From: a virus | Length of the DNA stretch: 22,312 bases | Virus record (IMG/VR): IMGVR_UViG_3300038809_000021 | Coordinates: 71,782-94,093 of that record | Strand: one strand, 5' to 3' | In this document: piece by piece, positions 17,101 to 22,312 of the stretch | Position numbering within the stretch: position 1 is the stretch's first letter | How the letters are laid out: each line of letters begins with the position of its first letter | Position numbers and translations under genes: made by a program | Notes under the pieces: generated by a model | Databases searched by the model: none | What the model saw: the letters and a program-made list of their open reading frames with translations, nothing else | What the model was told of the DNA's origin: nothing

Positions 17101-17592
17101 ATGTTTATCTACCAAGCACCCGATGGTCGCGGACTCAACAAGTCGGCCTGGGAGAAACACAAAGACGATTCCGACTGGACCGTCAAAGAATTCCGCAACG
17201 ACAAAATCTGGGTGCGCCTGCACTGGATCGGCCGCTACAAGAAAGACCTGCCATCTGAGTATCGTCACTCGCACGGCATCACTGTCTACAACCGCGTCAA
17301 GGTCAAGGGTAGCGAGTGGGCCGAAGAAGGAACCACAGTCGATAAGGGCTGGATCATCGATCCAACCGGTACCCAAACTGCGCGCACGAAGTCGGCGGCG
17401 ATCACGTTGTACGAAGATATGCTGCTGAGCTATGCCGGCGCCAGTCTTGAAGAAGACGAAGATGGCGACCTTGTGCTTGTCGAGACAGGCAATCAGCTCA
17501 AGCCGGTGGTTCTAGGGTCGAAGCTGATCATGGATGAAGAACAGGTAGCAGCCGCTGCGGAGAAAGGCGTCGATCTTGGCGGGTGGTCTTGA
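17101..17592 (+). CDS. Hypothetical protein with C-terminal LGGWS tag
   Basis: AGGAGA SD; 163 aa; ends ...EKGVDLGGWS*. Confidence 0.8.
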   Translation: MFIYQAPDGRGLNKSAWEKHKDDSDWTVKEFRNDKIWVRLHWIGRYKKDLPSEYRHSHGITVYNRVKVKGSEWAEEGTTVDKGWIIDPTGTQTARTKSAAITLYEDMLLSYAGASLEEDEDGDLVLVETGNQLKPVVLGSKLIMDEEQVAAAAEKGVDLGGWS

Positions 17593-18173
17593 GCAGGCAC
17601 TTTGAATTGGAAGACGTCCCAAGTTACTTGAGACGTTTTCCTGTGCTGAAAGACAAGGCAGTCATTGCGCAGGGTGAGTATTCAGTGGTGTTCGAGGGCA
17701 CGCGCCCCGATACAGTGTTGAAGCTCACCTGTGACCATATCAGCGCATCATTCGCAAGACAGCACGGAAGCCCAACGTTCTGTCCGGTGCTTGAGTATCA
17801 CGGCCAGATGGACAGCTTTGATCACGGCCCGGTAATGCTTCTCGAACTGCCAAGACTGCGTGAGCTGTCCTGGGATGAAGATCGCAAGATGTTCATGGAG
17901 CGAGACATGGTGATGGCCGCAGCCAAGTTCCTGATCGCAGAGAGCGAGCAGTTCAATGGCATCGTGGACTGTCAGCAGTGTCACGCAAGCGCACTGGAAG
18001 ACCTCGCTGACAGCGGCATCGTCAGCAACAGCGTCCGACAGGGGCTGAACACGCTGGCCAACTGGATGAGAAAGACAGCGCACGATGTCATGGTGGACAT
18101 CTGCAACCCGAACAACTTTATGACAGATGGTCACCACCTGATCATCACTGATCCAATCAACCCGGTTCTCTGA
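17583..18173 (+). CDS. T7 gp0.7-like Ser/Thr protein kinase
   Basis: Gly-loop IAQGEYSVVF, beta3 Lys in VLKL, catalytic loop DICNPNNFM (DxxxxN), and LIITDP in place of DFG. Start may be TTG 17589. Confidence 0.7.
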   Translation: MVLSRHFELEDVPSYLRRFPVLKDKAVIAQGEYSVVFEGTRPDTVLKLTCDHISASFARQHGSPTFCPVLEYHGQMDSFDHGPVMLLELPRLRELSWDEDRKMFMERDMVMAAAKFLIAESEQFNGIVDCQQCHASALEDLADSGIVSNSVRQGLNTLANWMRKTAHDVMVDICNPNNFMTDGHHLIITDPINPVL

Positions 18174-18190
18174 AAAAGCCCGTCCTATTG

Positions 18191-18221
18191 CCACACATCG
18201 CCGTGTGAGCGTCTGTAATAT
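18191..18221 (+). promoter_or_regulatory. Putative phage promoter CC-N8-CC-N13-TAATAT
   Basis: CC acacatcg CC gtgtgagcgtctg TAATAT, followed by a perfect 10-bp-stem hairpin at 18229-18258. Confidence 0.6.
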
Positions 18222-18293
18222 CAACTCTATCGAAGCGCGACATTTACAGCGCTTCGATTTAACACTCAATCATAAACTTTGCAGGTGAATCAC

Positions 18294-19094
18294 ATGGCAC
18301 GCGCCGCTCTCAAGAAAGTCGAAGATGCTCCAGAAGACACCGTGACCGGCGGCGTCGAAGAACTGGTTCTGAACCAACCTCAAAACCCAGAAGACCTGGA
18401 CGCCATGTTCAGCGAGCTGGAAAACGAACTCGAAAGCGCCGGTGTGAACACGACCGCCGTCATCCCTTCGAACGACAACGAAGCCGACCACATCGCTGCC
18501 GGCCGTCACATCAGCACCGAAGAGCTGAAAGCCAAAGCTCTCGAAGAACTGGAAGAGCAGTCGAAGCCACTGTCTGACGAGTCCCGCAAGCCGGAACCTC
18601 AGAAGAAAAAGGCTCCTGCTACCAAACGCATCAGCACGCTGGGTCTGACCGTCAGCCAAGCGCTCGCCCAGGGTCTGGGTTCGAAGCTCGATGAACTGCT
18701 GACGCTCGACGTTGCCGACCTGTCGCTGAGCGATGAAGACGCCCACGCGAAGCGTCACGAGCTGATGGCCAAGCTCGACGACAAGCTGCCCAAGAAGATC
18801 GGCGAGAAAGTCGTCAATCTCTTCGCCAGCATCGCCAAAGGTGCGAACCTGTCCACCTACACCCGGATCGCAATCGATCTGCTGGTCAAGGACGGCGAAA
18901 TGACCAGCAAGACGCTGAAAGACCAGTACATCGCCCGCCCGTACAGCGAAGGCACGGCCAGCAGCCAGGCGACACAGATGATGAACCTGCTGCCACTGCT
19001 GGGCATCGCCCGCAAAGAAGCCGGGAAGATCGTGCTGAACGACACCAGCTTGCTGCTGCCAATGCTGACTGCGCCAGCACCAGAAGCAGAGTAA
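18294..19094 (+). CDS. Hypothetical protein with acidic disordered N-terminus and possible winged-helix C-terminal domain
   Basis: AGGTGA SD before ATG 18294; strongly biased codon usage; helical C-terminal part ending in a beta-hairpin-like GIARKEAGKIVLN. Confidence 0.8.
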   Translation: MARAALKKVEDAPEDTVTGGVEELVLNQPQNPEDLDAMFSELENELESAGVNTTAVIPSNDNEADHIAAGRHISTEELKAKALEELEEQSKPLSDESRKPEPQKKKAPATKRISTLGLTVSQALAQGLGSKLDELLTLDVADLSLSDEDAHAKRHELMAKLDDKLPKKIGEKVVNLFASIAKGANLSTYTRIAIDLLVKDGEMTSKTLKDQYIARPYSEGTASSQATQMMNLLPLLGIARKEAGKIVLNDTSLLLPMLTAPAPEAE

Positions 19095-19106
19095 TCCACC
19101 AGCAAC

Positions 19107-19137
19107 AGAAGAGCCTGCTTGATTGCGGGCTTTTCTT
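19107..19137 (+). terminator. Intrinsic terminator
   Basis: AGAAGAGCCTGC-ttgatt-GCGGGCTTTTCTT directly after the stop at 19094. Confidence 0.7.
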
Positions 19138-19147
19138 GGAGACGAAA

Positions 19148-19360
19148 ATGTCCACAGAAGAATGCAATGCCGACGTTTACAAACATGGCGGAATCGTAGG
19201 CGTGTTCGACATGCCAAAGGAAGAAGCCGAAGCAGCCTGCAAGAAAGCAACTGAGGAATCCGGCTGCTTGCACGATTGGCACTACGTGGGCGGCCGGGTT
19301 GTCGTCAAAGCGCTGCCGAAAGGCTTCTACAACAAAAAGCCAGAGAGTCCCTGGGCATGA
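19148..19360 (+). CDS. Small hypothetical protein
   Basis: GGAGA SD; 70 aa; contains DWHYVGGRVVVK; ends ESPWA. Confidence 0.75.
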   Translation: MSTEECNADVYKHGGIVGVFDMPKEEAEAACKKATEESGCLHDWHYVGGRVVVKALPKGFYNKKPESPWA

Positions 19361-19914
19361 AAAATCCATTTGCGCCATATCCGTTCCCTAAGCTGACTTG
19401 CGAACTCGTCCCATCTTCTTTGTGGGGCGAGAATCTGCGCAGCTTACTAACCGCCGGCCAGTGGAAAGAGCTGCGCACGGCTTGCTACGTCCGCGCAGGT
19501 CATAAATGCGAAATCTGCGGTGGTGTTGGCAAGGCCCACCCCGTCGAAGCGCATGAAATCTGGCACTACAACGACCAGGAGCGCAGACAGACCTTGATGG
19601 GGCTGATCGCGCTGTGCCCGGCCTGCCACAAGTGCAAGCATATGGGGTTCGCCCAAGCTACCGGAATGCTTGAGGTGTCCATGAAACATATGAGCCACGT
19701 CAACAAGTGGCCGAAAGAATTGGTCGAGGCGTATGTCATGCGGGAGTTTGAAATACACCGGCTTCGTGACCAGCTAAAGTGGACTGTCGATACGAGCTGG
19801 CTCGCAGACGCAGACAGCTACATCAAAGAAGCTGAAAAAGTCTCGAAGGCAGCGCGTACAGAAGCGCTCACAGCGCTGATGAAGTCAAAGCGCAACACTG
19901 ACGCGACGACATAG
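19357..19914 (+). CDS. Zn-binding HNH-family nuclease
   Basis: CEICG...EAHEIW...LIALCPACHKCKH, a His-Me finger with two CxxC pairs; ATGA overlap start. Confidence 0.8.
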   Translation: MKNPFAPYPFPKLTCELVPSSLWGENLRSLLTAGQWKELRTACYVRAGHKCEICGGVGKAHPVEAHEIWHYNDQERRQTLMGLIALCPACHKCKHMGFAQATGMLEVSMKHMSHVNKWPKELVEAYVMREFEIHRLRDQLKWTVDTSWLADADSYIKEAEKVSKAARTEALTALMKSKRNTDATT

Positions 19915-19951
19915 CGAACGCAGCTCACAACGCAGCACAGCGAGCGGGCGC

Positions 19952-19982
19952 CCACGTTCATCCAGCTCTCGCTCGCTACAAT
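19952..19982 (+). promoter_or_regulatory. Putative phage promoter CC-N8-CC-N13-TACAAT
   Basis: CC acgttcat CC agctctcgctcgc TACAAT; overlaps the AGCGAGCG/CGCTCGCT inverted repeat at 19939-19977. Confidence 0.6.
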
Positions 19983-20010
19983 GCAAGTCAGCAAGCAGAG
20001 AGACTTCCCA

Positions 20011-20343
20011 ATGAGCAGAGACTGGGATCCAAGAGAAGAAGATCGAGCCATCAAGCGAGCGCTTATGAGCAGCAAGCAGCGCGATGGGCTCGACAAGTTC
20101 CTGGCCGAGAAGAAAGCGAAAGTCGCCAGCGTGATGGATCGTTTCCAGACCCGGTGTCAGAAGTGCGACGTCACCAGCGGCAAGACGAAGATTTGGCACA
20201 CAGACGACGGCTATCTGTGTGGTCGATGCCTCCCCGAAGGCGTGACACCAGCGCAACTGCTTCAAGAGAAAGAGGCTCAGAAAGAGCATCTGGAAGCCGA
20301 AGCAGAGAAACCAAAACCAGACAGCTACGGTGAATGGGCATGA
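20011..20343 (+). CDS. Zinc-finger protein with C-terminal YGEWA tag
   Basis: CQKC...CGRC. ATG 20011 is preferred because ATG 19981 overlaps the putative -10 box. Confidence 0.75.
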   Translation: MSRDWDPREEDRAIKRALMSSKQRDGLDKFLAEKKAKVASVMDRFQTRCQKCDVTSGKTKIWHTDDGYLCGRCLPEGVTPAQLLQEKEAQKEHLEAEAEKPKPDSYGEWA

Positions 20344-20570
20344 CCAGTCCCTACAAAAAGATTCTCGATCCAGACTTCGACTATGAAGAGGACGGCCGCT
20401 TCAAAGCGCAGCTCAAGTCTGCCATCGAAGAGCGCATCGAAGAAATGGCTCGCATCAAAGCGGGCGGTGTTCGACCTCCTTTGAGAGTCACGATCAAAGG
20501 CACTCCCTTCATCGACCCGGACACCATAGCAGCAGTTGAAATGCCGGAGGACTTTGGCAAATGGGCTTGA
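20340..20570 (+). CDS. Small hypothetical protein with C-terminal FGKWA tag
   Basis: ATGA overlap; 76 aa. Confidence 0.75.
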   Translation: MTSPYKKILDPDFDYEEDGRFKAQLKSAIEERIEEMARIKAGGVRPPLRVTIKGTPFIDPDTIAAVEMPEDFGKWA

Positions 20571-20809
20571 AAGGTAGTGAGCGGGACTGGCGTGCGCTGG
20601 TCCTGGAAATGATGGCTGACGGCATCAACGAGGAAAACTGCAAGAAGCTGATGAAGGACTTCGAAGATATGGAGCTGACGCCGCGCAAAGCGGTGCAGGT
20701 CTATCGCAAGGCTCTTGACACGCACGTCAAGAACCGGGCAAAGGAGGAAAAGAAGGCTGCTGTAGAGGCGGCTATCCCACGACCAGATGTATTCGGCAAA
20801 TGGTCATAA
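20561..20809 (+). CDS. Small hypothetical protein with C-terminal FGKWS tag
   Basis: GGAGG 10 nt upstream of ATG 20561; 82 aa. Confidence 0.75.
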   Translation: MGLKGSERDWRALVLEMMADGINEENCKKLMKDFEDMELTPRKAVQVYRKALDTHVKNRAKEEKKAAVEAAIPRPDVFGKWS

Positions 20810-20822
20810 CCCAGAGGTAAAC

Positions 20823-21224
20823 ATGCACGCACTCAAATCGCTCTTCCATCTGCTGGTCTTTGTATCCGGCCTCAGTATCGTCGGTCGCCTGGCTGGTCTC
20901 ACCTGGGACTGCTTCTTCTACGACGAGAACTGGACCACCACGCTGAACTTCGCAGCCTACACCGTGATGGCCGGTCTTGGCGCCGCAGTGCTGTGCGAGA
21001 ACCTTCTGGTTCATATCAGCTCCAGTACCGCCGTGAAGAAGGCTCAGACCCGGGCCGAAATTCGCCAGGAAATCATGCAAGAGATTCATCGCGAAGCCAC
21101 GAAGAAGGCTTTCGAGCAGGCGCTGGTCGATCGACAGGCTGATCACCGCCGGGCGCAGATGAAGGGCACGCTGCCGACCGTCGAAGAAATCATGCAAGCG
21201 GGCAAAGAAGACAAGCCCAAGTAA
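20823..21224 (+). CDS. Two-TM membrane protein with coiled-coil tail
   Basis: GAGGT SD; two hydrophobic segments followed by a charged helix. Confidence 0.75.
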   Translation: MHALKSLFHLLVFVSGLSIVGRLAGLTWDCFFYDENWTTTLNFAAYTVMAGLGAAVLCENLLVHISSSTAVKKAQTRAEIRQEIMQEIHREATKKAFEQALVDRQADHRRAQMKGTLPTVEEIMQAGKEDKPK

Positions 21225-21247
21225 ACCCAGCATCGCAGCAGTAAAAT
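21217..21247 (+). promoter_or_regulatory. Putative phage promoter CC-N8-CC-N13-TAAAAT
   Basis: CC aagtaaac CC agcatcgcagcag TAAAAT; the -10 sits at the centre of the 21235-21256 inverted repeat. Confidence 0.6.
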
Positions 21248-21289
21248 TGCTGCTGCAACACACTCAACTCTCAAACATCGAGAACTGAC

Positions 21290-21535
21290 ATGGCTCAAAT
21301 CGTTTATGCGTTCACCAGCGACAACGGTGACGGCAGCTCCAGCGTTTGCTTCACTCGTGACGACACCCTGCTGGCCAAGCTGGAAGAAAGCGACCCGCAG
21401 TCCTACGGCGGCAACGAGGGCAGCGCTCTCTACCTGACCTTCCCCGACGACCTCGACCTGGAAGAAGCCGGTTTCAGTTTCATGACTGCCGACGACATCG
21501 ACCCGGAAGACCTTGACGATGAAGGTGACGAATGA
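21290..21535 (+). CDS. Very acidic small protein
   Basis: 81 aa with 23 D/E and only 2 K/R. Confidence 0.8.
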   Translation: MAQIVYAFTSDNGDGSSSVCFTRDDTLLAKLEESDPQSYGGNEGSALYLTFPDDLDLEEAGFSFMTADDIDPEDLDDEGDE

Positions 21536-22140
21536 AAATCGTCGGCAAAGCAAAGGGCAAAGGTCCAAAAGCCTGGTGTTTGATGCGCAACATCGCCACC
21601 GGTCACTACTACGTCGGTTGGGATGGTGACTGGCCGCTCAACGGCCCGCATGAAAAGATCGCAGCGGCGGCACAAGAAGCACGCGACACCCTGGGTCCAG
21701 AACCCGAGCTGGGCGTCGATGTTCCCTGGCCGGGCTTTCACGCCACGCATCGTCCGTCGAGCCTGCCTCCGCTGACCCAGGAGCAGAAAGACACGTATGC
21801 GGCGTATGAAGCCTCGCAACAGCGCAAGTACGCCCACAACCAGTGGCTCAAGAAGAAGGAAATCGGGAACATCGAGCCGCTCGACTACGTGCCGATCTTC
21901 GAAGACACCCTGGAATTCCTGAACTACTCGCGTGGCCGCAGCTCCGTGACCCTGGTGTTCAAGGCCAGCAACGGCCAAGAAATCGAATTCGGTCCAAGCG
22001 GTATCGACGGGCTGATTCGTGGCGTAATCGAGGGTCAGTGCAAGACCGAGAAGACGGCCGGCGGTACGAAGGGTATCAAGGCGCGCTTCAAGTTCGTCAA
22101 GAAGGGCGCCAACACCTACGCCGAGCTGACTGAGGAATGA
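21532..22140 (+). CDS. Hypothetical protein
   Basis: 202 aa; ATGA overlap; beta-rich C-terminal half. Confidence 0.75.
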   Translation: MKIVGKAKGKGPKAWCLMRNIATGHYYVGWDGDWPLNGPHEKIAAAAQEARDTLGPEPELGVDVPWPGFHATHRPSSLPPLTQEQKDTYAAYEASQQRKYAHNQWLKKKEIGNIEPLDYVPIFEDTLEFLNYSRGRSSVTLVFKASNGQEIEFGPSGIDGLIRGVIEGQCKTEKTAGGTKGIKARFKFVKKGANTYAELTEE

Positions 22141-22312
22141 CCATGTGGCAGAAGATCGAGGACATCCAGCCCGGCGCCCGTTATCACCCAGGTCTTCTGC
22201 TGTATGCTGAAAGTCTGATCGATGAAGACTTCAATCCAGAAGGCGTTGTCGAAGGACATTGGTGCGACGGTGATGGTGAAGAAGAAGGGTTCTGGCAAGC
22301 GGCCGTATGGTG
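22137..22312 (+). CDS. Hypothetical Trp/acid-rich phage protein, 3'-truncated by the window edge
   Basis: ATG at 22137 or 22143; MWQKIEDIQPG...DFNPEGVVEGHWCD...FWQAAVW stays open to the end of the window. Confidence 0.65.
   Translation, partial: MTMWQKIEDIQPGARYHPGLLLYAESLIDEDFNPEGVVEGHWCDGDGEEEGFWQAAVW

Noticed and set aside
19086-19116. Additional copy of the promoter element (TCC-N13-GAGCCT)
   Set aside because: The upstream CC is missing and the hexamer is poor; the region is adequately explained as a terminator.
569-20809. The GxW[AS] tag as a by-product of SD sequences or stop-start overlap
   Set aside because: Codons vary, GGC-AAA-TGG is not SD-like, the copy at 20809 ends in TAA with no overlap, and many other ATGA-coupled genes here lack the tag. 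The constraint could contribute but does not explain the pattern.
1-22312. CRISPR array or long tandem repeats
   Set aside because: No regularly spaced identical repeats were seen; intergenic gaps are all under about 125 nt.

Overview
A 22.3 kb segment of a large dsDNA bacteriophage (or prophage/phage-plasmid) with GC-rich, proteobacteria-like codon usage. All credible genes are on the + strand and tightly packed, with many ATGA/GTGA stop-start overlaps. It is the nucleotide-metabolism and DNA-processing region: a RuvC-like resolvase, class Ia ribonucleotide reductase (nrdA and nrdB, separated by four hypothetical genes), thyA, a divergent DHFR with a C-terminal extension, a YmaB/COG4112-like Nudix hydrolase, a P-loop nucleotide kinase, a DEDDh exonuclease, four HNH-family nucleases, a T7 gp0.7-like protein kinase and about 30 hypothetical genes. 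Two patterns are not explained by standard annotation. (1) Six otherwise unrelated hypothetical proteins end in the same C-terminal tag, [DE]-x(0,1)-[FYLI]-G-x-W-[AS]-stop, which suggests a shared docking, targeting or turnover signal. (2) Seven of the ten larger intergenic gaps carry a fixed-spacing element, CC-N8-CC-N13-YAnnnT (one more gap has a near match), each overlapping or next to an inverted repeat; this suggests a phage-specific promoter class. Tandem NrdR-box-like sites also precede nrdA. All family assignments come from reading motifs by eye; no database searches were run.
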